DNA of 63,494 bases, filler included, from Octopus bimaculoides (lineage: Eukaryota): the NCBI RefSeq assembly GCF_001194135.2. It is 5 parts of 5 records of this genome, joined end to end, with 100 filler letters (N's around TTAATTAATTAA, not from the genome) between each part and the next. Parts side by side here need not be neighbours in the genome. Positions count along the whole stretch, not along the records: positions 1 to 30,412 come from NC_068983.1; 4 more parts are not named here. One strand, given 5' to 3'. The first letter of the stretch is position 1. Each line of letters opens with the position of its first letter. Shown here one piece after another: positions 12,781 to 26,349 of the stretch. Made by a program: the position numbers and the translations under genes. The notes under the pieces were generated by a model. The model made no database searches and was not told the origin of the DNA. It worked only from the letters and a program-made list of their open reading frames with translations.

Positions 12781-14911
12781 ATAGGGATTCAGCAATACCA
12801 CAAACGAGAAAATCATGACACAATTATAATACCACGATCAGCAGTCAACCCTACTTTGTGGCCCTAAAAATATGTAACGATGGTGATATCGAAATATTAA
12901 TATAATCATTTGAAGCTTTATCAGACGGTCACGATTTTTAATGAAATTGATTAAATCGGCTCCGAGTAGATGGCTAGTTTTTATATCTAATCGTTCAGCT
13001 GGGACATAGTTTTTAGATTAACCACATATGACATGACATATTATGGAAAACAATATTTTCATACTCCTGTATACGGCTTGAGATTAGAAGCGAATCTTGG
13101 GTTAATGCTGGCTCGTTTTAATATCTTTATCCGGTAGCGGATTTTTCACTCAGCGACTAGAGTATATCCTTTAAATTTATTAATTTCCTCCAACATTTTG
13201 AGTGTATGATTTCCGTATAGTTTTGTTGAACTTTCCATTAGACATAGTCCCTGTACTCTAGAATTGTTATTCATCATCACCTCATCATAGTATTTAAATG
13301 GCCTATTCTGCACAGCAAATAGGATATTTAAATGCCATCATAACGTACGTGCATGTATATAATTACGTACATATTTTTACAGAGAAGCGCATACAATGCA
13401 ATACTCGCCTAAATGCACACTAACATTAGACTCTCAGATGAATAAAAGCTTTCTCCCGTTTATTTTTATCGCTTCTGTTTGTAGGTTGTTGATTTTGTGA
13501 TTTGTTGGTTTGATTTTGTTTTCTTTATTAACGAAGATATTAATCTAATTTCTCTTCGGCCAGAGGGGAAAAGATTGTAATTACTGTAAAACAGTAAAAA
13601 TTACGTTAAGGACAAACAAGAGAAATAACTTCACCATAGCAACCAACGAAATATAAAAACTTTGCCATTTACATTCAGAAGCATTCAAGAATCACGAATA
13701 CATAGATTTGCTGTTATTGTATTTTCATTTATTTGATTTTATTTTTTCTTATATTTTCTATTCTATTTCTTAATTATTTTCCTTCTCTTCAACCTATTTT
13801 TTCGATCTTACATTTCTCATATTATTTTCCTTTTTTCTTCTATTTTCCATTTTTAGAAGGAATTTGCAATCGTTAAATTAAGGTTCGTGGTTTCACTAAT
13901 GTCGTTGTTGTTTATCTGCAGCCCATCCTGACTGAGCTCATCTTTGAACAACTACATTGCATCATTTACCACGCTACGTATCAAACATTCAAGCTACATT
14001 ATCTTATACAACCATGGAATGTATAATCTAAGGTAGATTTGACATGCGACACATATAGCCTTCACCTGTTAGCTCATGATGTGTTAAATAGCTTCAGATT
14101 TGGAAGCGTAGTAAAACTGATAAAACGTAAAGTTATTTGTCATCATTCTACATTAAAAGTATGAGTTTCCATAACGCCATTATATCGCAGACGTTGACTG
14201 ACTCGTCAGAGAAGACAAATATGCATGGTAAAGATGCACGTTTCTTCTTAAATTTTCTATTCATAATATATCATTGAACTAGAACATTAAGGGAAATTTA
14301 GGAATAATCAAAATAAGGGATTCATTGGCCCAATGTCATCAATTATAAGAGAGGTGGTAAGTCAATTACATTGACCCCAAGACTCGGCACTATTTTATAA
14401 TGTAGCCTAACCTCTCAAATACGGCATTTTTTTTTCTTTTTGCATACAGGTAGTTCATCACAGACGCACCTGAACGTTTCACAGTGGCATGGTTGTATAA
14501 AAGTTCCTTCCAGCTATCTTGTGTTGCAATTTCATTCACGCATGCCTATTACACACACACACTCACAAGATACAGACATACACACAAAACATACAAATTT
14601 TCACATTCACGCATACATACATACTAAAATACCCTGTTGTACATGTTGAAATGCCAGTGAAGGAGCCTTGGATATAGGTTAGACACCGGTTCTTTCTCTA
14701 TTAGCAAGAAATCTTGAAATATAACTGAATAATGACATACATACATACATGCGTAGTACGTAGGTACATGCATACATATATATACATGCATACATATATA
14801 TACATGCATACATACATTTATACATACATACATACAAACATACATACATACATACATACATACATACATACATGCATGCATGCATGCATACATACATACA
14901 TACATGCATGT

Positions 14912-15372
14912 AACTGCTTCGAAACCTCCAGTTTGTATACCCAGATTATAATTCACATTTATACCAATAATAATTGATGCACTTGGTTTTGTAAGAAAAT
15001 ACCGAAGTGAGATTCAAAATTAGCTAATGTTTTCAGAAAAAGAAATGAACCAGGGAATTGGGACATTACAAATACAATCTGTAATTGAAATAGTAAACAT
15101 AGCAAGACTTTTCTAAAGTTTAGAATGTGAATTTGTTTTTATTATTTACATAGGCATAGGAGTGGGTGTGTGGTAAGTACTCTTGCCTACGAACCACATG
15201 GTCCCAGGTTCATTCCTACTGCGTGGTACCTTGGGCAAGTGTCTTCTACTATAACCTCGGGTCGACCAAAGCCTTGTGAGTGGATTTGGTAGACGGAAAC
15301 TGAAAGAAGCCCGTCGTATATATGTATTTATATATATATGTGTGTGTGTGTTTGTGTGTGTGTGTATGTGTT

Positions 15373-15403
<31 letters not shown>

Positions 15404-15711
15404 CTGTGTGTGTGTCTGTGTGTGTGTATGTTTCTGTGTCTGTGTTTGTCCTCCCAACATCACTTGATAACCGACGCTGGTGTGTTTACGTCCCCCCGTA
15501 ACTTAGCGAGAACCGACAAAATAAGTACTAGGCTTACAAAGAATAAGTCCTGAGGTCTATTTGCTAGACTAAAGGCGGTGCTCCAGCATGGCCACAGTCA
15601 AATGACTAAAACATTTAAAAGATTAAAAGAGCATCCCAACAACAGAGTTTTGTTTCTTAGAAACTATCTCCTTCACAGATTAACATTTCAACTAATTAAA
15701 AACATAAGAGA
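14912..15711 (+). mobile_element. 5'-truncated R4/Dong-like LINE 3' end split by a CORE-SINE
   Basis: 14912-15151 aligns with 6791-7030; 15632-15711 aligns with the 3' UTR 7026-7110; (ACAT)n immediately 5' and ACATACATAC immediately 3'. Confidence 0.8.
15153..15630 (+). mobile_element. CORE-SINE (octopus OR-type) with internal (TA)n(TG)n
   Basis: tRNA-like head, CORE motif ccttgggcaagtgtctt, internal microsatellite about 15308-15447, 3' tail ..gcggtgctccagcatggcc..aaaaga. Confidence 0.9.
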
Positions 15712-16399
15712 ACATACATACCCATAAATATATAGTTATGCATACATGCATGTGTATGATTATGGATATGCAGTCTTCAAGAATATGCTTCGGCATATAT
15801 CTATTAACATAAGCACACACAAATATGTGTGTATGTGTGTCTGTGTGTGCACGCTTGTGCGTATATGTATATATGTATGTATAAACACACGCATTTTACT
15901 TATGTGTATTTCTTGAACCTGTTTTATTGAACCTCTGCAAGTATAAAAGGTAAAAGCGAAAATGGAATATATGTGCGTAATTACCAAATCCGCAATCTAT
16001 AGTTGTTAATTTCCTAGTTCTTTCCTTATACATTCCAGTCTGATTATTCTAACGGGCTTTGAAAGCTTACTTTTGTACTAATATTACCTTGTTAACGAGT
16101 TTTGAAAATTATCTGTTCTTTAGAGCTAAGAATGTGCAACGACTTTAGTTGATATAAAGGTGCATTTGTCCAAAAGAAACATTCTTAATTGGTAGCAGAA
16201 CGTGGGGGAAACTGCTTTTCCAATCGAAACTATTCAAATTGGGAGAATCTAATTCACCTTTCGTCCACACAGAGAGAGTCTGAAATGCCGAGTAATTAAT
16301 AAAAAATATATTATAGAAAGATAAGAGTAATCAGAGATAGGGTAATCAAAATGCGTGGCATCTAGCTTTAAGTCAAAACACGATGATCTGATTTTTGAA

Positions 16400-16905
16400 A
16401 TGGTCTATTGGTTTATTTTCCCTCTCGCAGCCAAGGCCTCGCTACTGCAACAGTATTTTTCTAATGTTGTCAACCCATAATGCTACCAGACTAAGCTCAA
16501 CTAGAATCTTTCTCAGAAATTGTGATATCGGAATGCAATATCTCAGAAGAAAATACTCGAAGAGAATAAAGATTTGTGCAAACAAGTTAGGAGACTTGTG
16601 GTATAACTCAACAACATCTAAAATAGGTTTTTGGTGAGGTTCCCTGAACCACATCACTGAAACAACTTTAACATTGAGAAAACTTCTACACAGATGCCTA
16701 CGCTACTAGAATTATCAACCAAGGATCATGAAATTACTCTCTGCATTGGACAATTTAAGTCACTCGTATACGAAAAACGGTTGATTATGTAAGGCATAAT
16801 TTTGCTCAGAGATCTTCTACATCAAGACCGGCCTGCTTCTGAGAAACAATAACCAAGTTTTCAAGGTTGTAAAGGAGGGGATGAGACATGAAGTTGCTTC
16901 ATAAA
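16400..16905 (+). mobile_element. Possible decayed hAT transposase C-terminus
   Basis: LLELSTKDHE..KSLV and a terminal ..VVKEGMRHEVAS* loosely resemble hAT dimerisation-domain ends; many stops. Confidence 0.3.
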
Positions 16906-17734
16906 GATTAAAACTTATCTATTTCAACAAAGAGATGGAAAAGAATCATTCTGTATACCTCCAATTGGGTTGCACGCAATTGTTTTCCAGATAGTTGAGG
17001 TTTATATAAATAATGAAATATAATGTAACGTCATTCCAATAAGACAAATATTGAAACGAAGTGAATTGGGACTTCACTTGAGACACAGAATTCTTATCAT
17101 ATTTCGTATTTATCCTTTTGAAATCGCAAACTGAAATCTTTCTACAAAATTTCTGTTGAACAAGAGAGAGAGAAACAGAGACAGAGAGTGAGCGAGAATC
17201 TTATAGATTGTGTCACATATCTGGGGAAGACAGTACACATGTGATCAGCATTTTCCCCCAAATGTCATCAAGACACTGCCTTTTTTATGCGATATGACGT
17301 TATCGGTGAAACAATATACCATATCATCTACACCATTGTTCGTGTCTAAATTCCAGTGATGGAGATTTCTTTATTGTTTAGAAAGCAGTCCATTCTTTAT
17401 AAGAAAGAAAGACAGCGCACATACATACGTAAATAAATGCACACATAATTTCAAACAAACACACGTACAGACTTCGGTTTATTTTATTAATACCAGTACG
17501 GCCTTGTAACAAAAGAATAATAAGCCGATATTTAAGCTTTATCGTATTGTCAGCTCTGATTTGTTCAGTTAGTATCAGGTTTTTACAAAGTTATCGATGG
17601 TTTCTTTTGTTGCTAGTATACTAATAGTCGCTGTTTCATTGTACTAGTTATTGCTTTCCTTATCACATTTGTCATTCCACCCTACATAATGGCACACAAA
17701 GAGACGCGCATACATCATATATATGTGTTTGCAA

Positions 17735-17776
<42 letters not shown>

Positions 17777-17878
17777 CTATGGTTGCGTACATATATATAT
17801 TATGTGCATACATACGTACATGCGTATGTACGTACACATATATAAATATCTATGTATTTATCAATCTGTATGTATGTA

Positions 17879-17925
<47 letters not shown>

Positions 17926-18300
17926 ATATATTATATATATGAACAAGTATGTATATGTACATGCATGAATATGCACACATATACAAACACGCATACGCAC
18001 ACACAAACACGCAGACACACACATACACACAAGCACACACGCATAATTTAAAGATAAGAAACAAAAACTCTGAAAATTGCTAGGCTTGGGTGACGAAAAC
18101 GTGAATTCGAGATTTACGTATTTATATAATAGAACGTCCTCAAGAAATATATTAGATTGCATAAAGTTGTGAACTTATCAATACGTTGGTGTGAAATCAT
18201 ATGTAGAACGCGATAAAAGCGGGGTAACACATACGTCCTTTATACAACCGATATACATCTGTGCATTGTATGTGGTGGTGGTGGTGGCAGGTGGGTGTGG

Positions 18301-18343
<43 letters not shown>

Positions 18344-20049
18344 TGCGTGCGTGCGTGCATGCAAGATTGTGTACAAGATTGTGTGTTCTTAAATATGAAT
18401 GCGTTATGAAATGCTGTAGTTTATTTAGAATTTTTCGAGGCATGAAAAGAAGAGAAATAAATAAATTTCGAAAGATACATAATAATGCCTTCGGAGCACA
18501 TAAGAAGCAATTATCTCGAAATGAAAAGTAGAATGTTCACAGACACACAGACACACAGATACAAACACATGACGCACGTACGCACATATTTCATATATAT
18601 ATATTTGTGTGTGTGTGTGTGTGTGTGTATGATTTGATTTTATATATATATATNNNNNNNNNNNNNNNNNNNNNNNNNNNNNNNNNNNNNNNNNNNNNNN
18701 NNNNNNNNNNNNNNNNNNNNNNNNNNNNNNNNNNNNNNNNNNNNNNNNNNNNNNNNNNNNNNNNNNNNNNNNNNNNNNNNNNNNNNNNNNNNNNNNNNNN
18801 NNNNNNNNNNNNNNNNNNNNNNNNNNNNNNNNNNNNNNNNNNNNNNNNNNNNNNNNNNNNNNNNNNNNNNNNNNNNNNNNNNNNNNNNNNNNNNNNNATA
18901 TATATGTACATACACACTTGTATGTGTTTATGACTGTGTGTACTTGTATTTGAGTCCCTGCGTGAGATTGTACATATGCATATTCGCGATTGCGCATATG
19001 CGTAAATCTTGAAGAAATTATTGCATTATATATTTCATCATATAGAAAGACACACATACACGCACGCAACATACACCTACACACGCTCATTCATATACAC
19101 AACATACACGCATACATACATTCACGTATTCATACATACGCGCATATAGGATCATATGTTTACACTTGTACAGACATAGGGACACGTAGAGGTGCGTACA
19201 CGTTATCTCTCAGCAGGAATACAGAACTTCAAGAGAAGAACTTCAGTGCAGAATATCAGGCGCATAATGAAATTCCTTACATAAGCAGAACAACAATTGA
19301 GTGAAAGAAATCTAATAATGTCCAGATTATAAATCGAGATGTTTGAGAAATTCACAGTATTAGTGTTGCAATATACATATCACTAGAGGCAAGCTAAGCT
19401 TGTATTTATACATTTATATGCAGGCATATGAATACATACATACATTTATACATGCTGAACAATAATAGCAGCTACTGCAGTAGTAACAACATTCTCGCCA
19501 TCATCTAATGTTACGCACACATAGCTGACAATTTTCTTAATGATTATCAAGTAATGCAGAATGAAGTGAAGAGGGAAAGCCTAAAGCATAGAAACAAAGA
19601 AAATACAATAGAGATAAATATTTTGGTATCAAATTGTGAAATGCCCTTCACAAACAAGATAGATATATTGGATTAGGCAATTTTTAAAGCGTTAAATCTT
19701 CAATTTAAAGTGGTGATGTACATGCCATTCCGCAGTGACACTAAATCGGAGATGTATGCGAATAGAAATAGTATCACGGTACATACTCAAATCGATAAAC
19801 ATATCCATGGATTCTATAGTATAAGGTCTCACACTTTCAGAAACAGCACTCAGTGCGTGCTTTTCTATCTGCCCATTTACTTGTGTGGGAATTTTGAAGA
19901 TGAGATCCGGATGGGATAGTAACACTCCAGAGACAATTTCATCTATGCGTATATGTGCATATATAAATGTGTATGAGTAAGAGAGAGAGTGGTGTGTGTG
20001 TGTATGCGTGTGTGTGTGTGAAAGGGATGGAGGGAGGTACATGTATGAT

Positions 20050-20160
20050 TGCGTGATTAAGATATTTGCTTTGCAACCAGTTGGTTTTGGGGCTTCAATC
20101 ACTCTGCACAGCACTTTAGGTAGGTCTGTTCCGCTATAGACTCGATCCAAGCCATGCTTT
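20050..20160 (+). mobile_element. Highly degenerate CORE-SINE 5' fragment
   Basis: ttaagatatttgctttgcaaccagttggttttggggcttcaatcactctgcacagcactttaggtagg aligns loosely with the SINE head/CORE. Confidence 0.45.
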
Positions 20161-20269
20161 CACTTGTGCTGGGGGGAGGGGCGTAACCAAGTGCTACTTC
20201 ATTGAAGGAAATGCATCAACTTGCAGAGACGGAAACAGTACTGAAGCTCATCTTTTGATAATTTTTTTT

Positions 20270-20552
20270 TTTTGTCCAGTGTCCAGGTTTTACAGTCATA
20301 TAATAGTGCTGATTCGACAGTTGCAATCAACAGCTTGATTTTGATTTGCCTAAGCACTTTAGAGTTTCATGTGAAGCTGTCTGTACTTGTACCTACCTAA
20401 GCTTGATGTCTGCTTCCGAACTCCTCACCCAACCACCTAAGTACGTGAAGTCTTCAGCAACATTCAATTTAGAACCGCCCAAAGCAAACAGTTCTGTATC
20501 ACTTGATTGGTTGAAAGCGTGCATTCAGTTTTCTTGACATTTGTGTGCACTC
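20270..20552 (-). mobile_element. RTE/RTEX-clade LINE reverse transcriptase C-terminal remnant
   Basis: GVHTNVKKTE..KLNVAEDFTYLGGWVRSSEADIKLR..IKLLIATVESALLYDCKTWTL. Confidence 0.75.
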
Positions 20553-20895
20553 CAGGGTGCGGTAAATAAACTGTCGCTTAAATTACACAAAAATGAAAAT
20601 AACACTGACATCTCATTTTTACAGATATATTTACCAAAATTACATAACAATACCTTGAAATGCTAAAGAGTAAAGGTATTCAATAAAAACGTCGTTGGCT
20701 CAACCACGGCCTCCAGGTGAACTCGGAATCTCCTGCAACTCTTCTAGACGGTCTTCTTGTTTAAGTTGGTGAATGCTGCCATAATCCTTGCCTTCAGTTC
20801 ATCTTTGGTGTTAGAAGAAGTCTTGTTGGCCTCTCGCTCAACTACACCCTACACATAATAATGAAGGGGGTTGCAGTTTGGGGAGTTAGGCGGCC

Positions 20896-20899
<4 letters not shown>
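20553..20899 (-). mobile_element. Tc1/mariner maT-type transposon 3' end
   Basis: IWPPNSPNCNPLHYYV*GVVEREANKTSSNTKDELKARIMAAFTNLNKKTV*KSCRRFRVHLEAVV; TIR-like cagggtgcggtaaataaa at 20553. Confidence 0.8.
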
Positions 20900-20939
<40 letters not shown>

Positions 20940-21600
20940 TTTCCTGAACAGGTTCTAACTTCAGCAGCAATTTTGTAAGTAATCTGGATAATAAAGCATT
21001 TTGTACGTTACATGACCATCACATTTAAACTTTATCCCTGATGTATAAACAATGTGCATATCGACAGTAAAATGCTTATGAGAGACGAATTCATTCATAA
21101 ACTAGAATCTAATTTAATTCTTAAAACCCAACACATGATGCCAACGCCCGATTTTAATCGTTAATGTGTAGTCTTCTGATAATAAAATTTTGACACCGGC
21201 TTATGCTAAATCTTCTAACCTGTGAATAATTACCATACTTGTCGTTTAATTATCTGTAAATATAAACCATTTCACGCCAGTTTTACCTTTTGATCATTCC
21301 ATGGAAGATTAGCAACCAAATTAGCTAAAATTAAAGCAATGTGCATGTCATTGACAACTGTCTTGCCTATGATATTGACAAATACATTACAAACACCTAG
21401 TGCCTACAAACATTTAAGAGGATAAGAAAGTAAAACTGTGGAGGGAACATGTACTACATAACTGTTGCTTGATATCCAAATATAATTTTTTTTTATTTTC
21501 TTTCTTATTCTTTCACAGGTTTCAGTTATTAGACTACAAGACTATGATTCCAAGAAGCATAAAAATCTCAACAGTTTGGTACTTGTCTAATCGATTCTAA

Positions 21601-21791
21601 GGTAACGAGCTGGTTGAATCGTTAGCACACCGGAGAAAATGTTTATCGGAATTTCGTCCGAGGTTGAGTTTTACCTTTCACTCTTTCAGAGTTCGATGAA
21701 ATAGGTACCAGTTGATTGCTGGGTTCGCTGTAATCAACCAGCATCCTCATCACCAACATTTCAGGTCTTGTGCTTATAGTAGAAAGGATTA
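21601..21791 (+). mobile_element. SINE family B, diverged
   Basis: ggtaacgagctggttgaatcgttagcacaccgg..tttacctttcactctttcagagttcgatgaaataggtaccag; tail like that at 940-985. Confidence 0.7.
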
Positions 21792-22113
21792 CCTATTTAT
21801 TTTGTAGCTACGTCACGTTATACAGGCACGCAACTGAACGCACTACCTGACACAATATACACGAATACATATATGAGTACATGCATGCATACATACATAC
21901 ATACATACATACGTATCTATGTATGAGTGTGTGCGCGCATCTGTCTGTATACAAGCATTGATCAGTTTGAGATGTCAGACTGTTGGTTCGAACCCGGAAC
22001 CAACAGCGCCTGATTGCCAATTAACTTCTTTATAGATGAATCAGTTCTGAACAAAAAAGGCCAGTCAATTAGTTTGGAATTAAATTATCACTAACTCTCC
22101 ATTAAACAATGTA

Positions 22114-23372
22114 CAGGGGTTGGACAAAATAATGGAAACACCTTAAAATGTTAAACAAATTTATTTTAATATCGGGTAGGAACCCCTTTGGCAGTAATTA
22201 CACCTTGAATTCTACGAGGTATGGACTCGTACGAAGTTTGAATTGTCTCCACAGGAATGTTTGTCCATTCTTCAGCTAAAAAAGCCTCAGTTCTTGTAGT
22301 GATGACGGTGGAGGATATCGACTCCTTGTTTTTCTAAATTGCACCATAAATGGTCAATAATATTGAGATCTGGGGACTGTGGTAGCCAGATAAGATGTTC
22401 AACTTCACTAGAATGTTCCTCGTGCCATTCAGTAACAGTTTTAACTGTGTGAATTGGTGCATTATCATCCTGAAAGATTGCGTTTCTCTCTGGAAACAGT
22501 TCCGCAACCATAGAATGAATTTAATCAGATAAAATGATTAAATAATCTTAGCTATTAATTCTGCCATGAAAGGAAACCATCGGGCCGGCGAATTTCCAAG
22601 CTATAGCCCACCCCGCTGTCAGATCATCACAGATCATCTTCCATGTTTAACTGTTAGAAGAAGGCAGTCTGGGTTAAATGCTTCTTTTGACTGTCTCCAC
22701 ACGTATACTCGGCCGATGGTCGGAAATAAGATAAAGGATAACTCGTTCGAGAAAATAACATTCTTCCACTGCTCTAGGGACCAATTCTGTGGGTTTTACT
22801 CCACTCTAAATGCTCTGCAAAGTTTGTTTTTGGAAGTAGTGGTTTTCTGATTGCAGCCCTCCCGTGAAATCCAGCTTTGTGCAGCTCCCGGCGAACAGTT
22901 TTTTGTGGAAACTAGGTTCTCGGGTGGTCATTAAGCTCTGCAGTCATTTTTGGAGGTGTACTTTTGTGATCCTTTCTAACAATTCGCGTAAGAGTTCGAC
23001 GGTCTCTATCTGAATGTTTTTGTATTCCTCCGGAGTTTTGTTTCGACGAGGAGCTTGCTCCCTCTTTCTTAAAGGCTGTCATTACTTTCGAGACAGCACT
23101 TCTTGACACACGAAATATTTCGGCTGTTTTCGTTACGCTAGCACCTGCCATACGAGCACCAATAATTTGACCGCTTTGAAAGTCTGATAAATCTGTTGTT
23201 TTAATGAACTTTAATTACCTTTTTCTGATAATAGCTGAAAAGAAACAGCAATTAAGCAACAATAATAATAAAAAAAGAACGTAAAAATAAACAAGCTTTT
23301 GCCGGTTTTATAGATATTTCAAAATTATGATGCTATGATGCTAGGTGTTTCCATTATTTTGTCCAATTCCTG
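22114..23372 (-). mobile_element. Full-length Tc1-superfamily DNA transposon (1259 bp; DD36E/Incomer-like)
   Basis: About 30-bp TIRs caggggttggacaaaataatggaaacacct and caggaattggacaaaataatggaaacacct; TA at 22112-13 and 23373-74; transposase on minus strand. Confidence 0.95.
22166..23198 (-). pseudogene. Disrupted Tc1 transposase
   Basis: DLSDFQSGQIIGARMAGASVTKTAEIF (paired-like HTH) .. FSNELSF (first D reads N) .. FQDDNAPIH-..-SPDLNIIDHLW .. IPRRIQGVITAKGVPTRY*; frameshifts and stops; no ATG at the expected start. Confidence 0.9.
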
Positions 23373-23934
23373 TATATAACTAACTTTCTCTTAAACTGAA
23401 CTACACTTAGATACAGAACATATTACCATGTCTGAAGTTGCATTATTATGCTAATATTCACGATCATTTAAAGACGTCTGTACATGGGAATATTCAACTG
23501 AGTTATACAACTCTAGTCTTTGAATTTACACGCCGCACAACTACATATGACTCGAGCCAGCAAGGAAGTTATTACTTCGTCTCTCCACTGTAGGATATAG
23601 CGACCAAATTTCCCACAAATTATAGGCCAGTCTCTTTGAAAATTATTGCTACGTGGAATAAAGTATAATCCCGGTCGGATTTCAAAACAAGTTATAGATG
23701 TAACTTGCAACAATATTCATTTCATATACAGGTTGAATAAGAAACCAGCTTTAAAAGTTTGTGTACGGTTTAGTATAATCCAATGTGGCTTCCGTACACA
23801 TATCTAATCTTTTCTACAATCGGATAAATGTGGATGACTTTGCGGATACACTATATATTCATCCCCATTTATACGTTTAAGCGGAAACAAATATCACTTC
23901 TCGGTTTTAACATTGCCTCTGTCGCTAATATATA

Positions 23935-24000
23935 CAGTAATGCCTCGATATACAAGTTAATTCTTTCTCGGAGAACGCTTGTAAAACGAAAACTCGTAAA
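23935..24000 (+). mobile_element. pogo/Tigger-like terminal fragment
   Basis: TA followed by cagtaatgcctcgatatacaagttaatt resembles Tigger-type TIRs; partner TIR not found. Confidence 0.35.
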
Positions 24001-25469
24001 AACTCCTAAACCTGGAGCCTCATAACGTAAGGCATTACTATATCTTTTAAAAAGTTCACTGACTAATCGCGATACCAGTGCCTGTTCAGGCTCTGATTTT
24101 CTATGTATCGCTAGCGAGGAGATGAAACGTCCATCACCTATGAGATCAAGGAGGGTCGAAATCAAGTGATTGGTGGCCTTGGCACTGGAGTTGGTGAGGA
24201 GTTATCTCCCCGCTAGCGATATAAACAAGCATGAGTTTCTCTCATGGTATCTACTACAGTAAATTCTGTAATAACAAAACAACCACGTTGAAGTGAGAAC
24301 AGATATTACCTCATGGTATTAGATCTGCTTTTGTCGCTAATATATATTTTTTAATTATATATATTATTCCTGAAAAGTAAGTACAGGCTATGACTGCAGA
24401 ACTTCATTAGAACCGACGAAGAGGTAAAACAGTAACCTGCGCGTGCACACACACATACACATATCATAAATAAATCTCATGATTTTAAAAATCTAAGAGC
24501 GAATAGCCATACACCTAACACTGATAAGACTCTAACAACATTTAATAATATATTAAGACATTCGATATAAAGAAAATTGAACAATATTAAAAAACAAAAC
24601 AAGGTATCGAAAAGAAATTTGAAATATTAAATATTAACACAGTAGAAATATACAATTAAATCAACACCTATAAAACCTTGGGCATTATGGAATATAAAAA
24701 TAACCTAAACAGACAAATGGTATGTAAGAACAAGATTATATTTATAAAACAATGATATAAATAGTCATCATATACGTATATGACTTTGTAAGGTTATTAA
24801 GATTACAATGATTCATAAAGCCAAAAGATTATCTGCGCAGAGGTTATTAAGTGTTTGGGTTAGTGACATGGCTCGTCGCGAATGATTGAGAGTTGCCAAG
24901 GGTTGAAATGTTTCATAATGTTAAAACGTGATAAGTGGTTTAGTTGATCGCTACATCCAAAGTAAATAATTAAATTTAGTAGTGCAGCGAGACTTAGCTT
25001 GTAGTTTTCAAGAACATAATGACAGTGACTATTAAAGATTTGAAGGTCATACAGATTGTTTAAACGAGAGATTTCTAAAATCATATTGTAACAAATTAAA
25101 ATGAACTTTACGAGATGTAAAGTTATTGCAGACACGATTCCAATTTCATTCTTTGCAATTATCAAGTGTGTGACTGAAGCAGTGGTAGGCTGGTAAATAT
25201 TTCATTGAGACAACAAAATCTAGAGAAGACATGTTTTGCTGTACCTCTAAGCACATCTAAAGACTCTTAACCAGAACATGTTATTACCCTTTTACTGAGA
25301 TATCACTTATACACGTACGATTGTTAAAATAGATATAATGTTTATATTTTTCATATCCACCCGTCTATATATCTATCTATCTGTCCATCTACATATGTTT
25401 GCATATTTATATATACGTACATACATACATACATATATACATACATATACATATATATGTATATATATA

Positions 25470-25523
<54 letters not shown>

Positions 25524-25533
25524 NNNNNNNNNN

Positions 25534-26077
25534 AGTCTTAGGGTAGCAAGAACATTAAGAAATTTAATTTACTACCATTGGTGTAGCGAGAAAAAAATTA
25601 GTCAACAGACTATATATTATTCATGTAAAATACAGTGTACATTTAATACACATTAGAGATGCCATAAAAGGACATCTGAGCCGCTAGAAAGAGCAGCCAA
25701 AGCTCTACACCACAAAATTAGGGATAATTTCGAAAAGGAAGGAAAAATAAAAACATATTCCGAACCAGGTTTCAAGTTATTTTAGCAAAACAAACTATTC
25801 TGCAAGGCCAACTATCCTCAGCGGAATAGCCTAGATCGACATGCATGCACGAGGCACTACATAGAGAACATGACTTGTGCATATATGTCTAATTTTTCAA
25901 AAATTGCCGTGCATGTGCGGAATACCTTATCGGCAGCAAATACAAAAAAAAAATGCCGATTTTGCAGAAATTAGCCAAAAAACATTTTATAATTAATAAG
26001 ACTTAGGGTAGCAAATAAATTAAGAAATTTAATTTACTACCAGTGGTGTAGCGAGAAAAAAATTAGTCAACAGACTA
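25534..26077. repeat. About 79-bp direct repeat bracketing about 385 bp
   Basis: cttagggtagcaa..taagaaatttaatttactacca.tggtgtagcgagaaaaaaattagtcaacagacta at 25534-25612 and 25999-26077. Confidence 0.85.
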
Positions 26078-26169
26078 GTTGCTATCTCATGGTCATTCAT
26101 GACCGAAGGGTGTCTTTACCCTATACACACACACACACACAAACACATACATACATACAAACACACAAG

Positions 26170-26204
<35 letters not shown>

Positions 26205-26205
26205 G

Positions 26206-26268
<63 letters not shown>

Positions 26269-26349
26269 GTGTGTGTGTGTGTCTGTGTGTTTGTGTGTGT
26301 GTATATATATACATGAATACATAGATAAATACATATGTATGTGTATATT

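Noticed and set aside
14440-14555. Candidate exon (+ acceptor tttttgcatacag; minus-strand GTFIQPCHC resembling RING-CH)
   Set aside because: The Cys motif frame has stops upstream and lacks the other RING-CH ligands; no consistent acceptor-donor-frame combination
19692-19940. Protein-like minus-strand frame (DEIVSGVLLSHPDLIFKIPTQ...)
   Set aside because: No recognisable family, weak splice signals, and the 5' part is microsatellite
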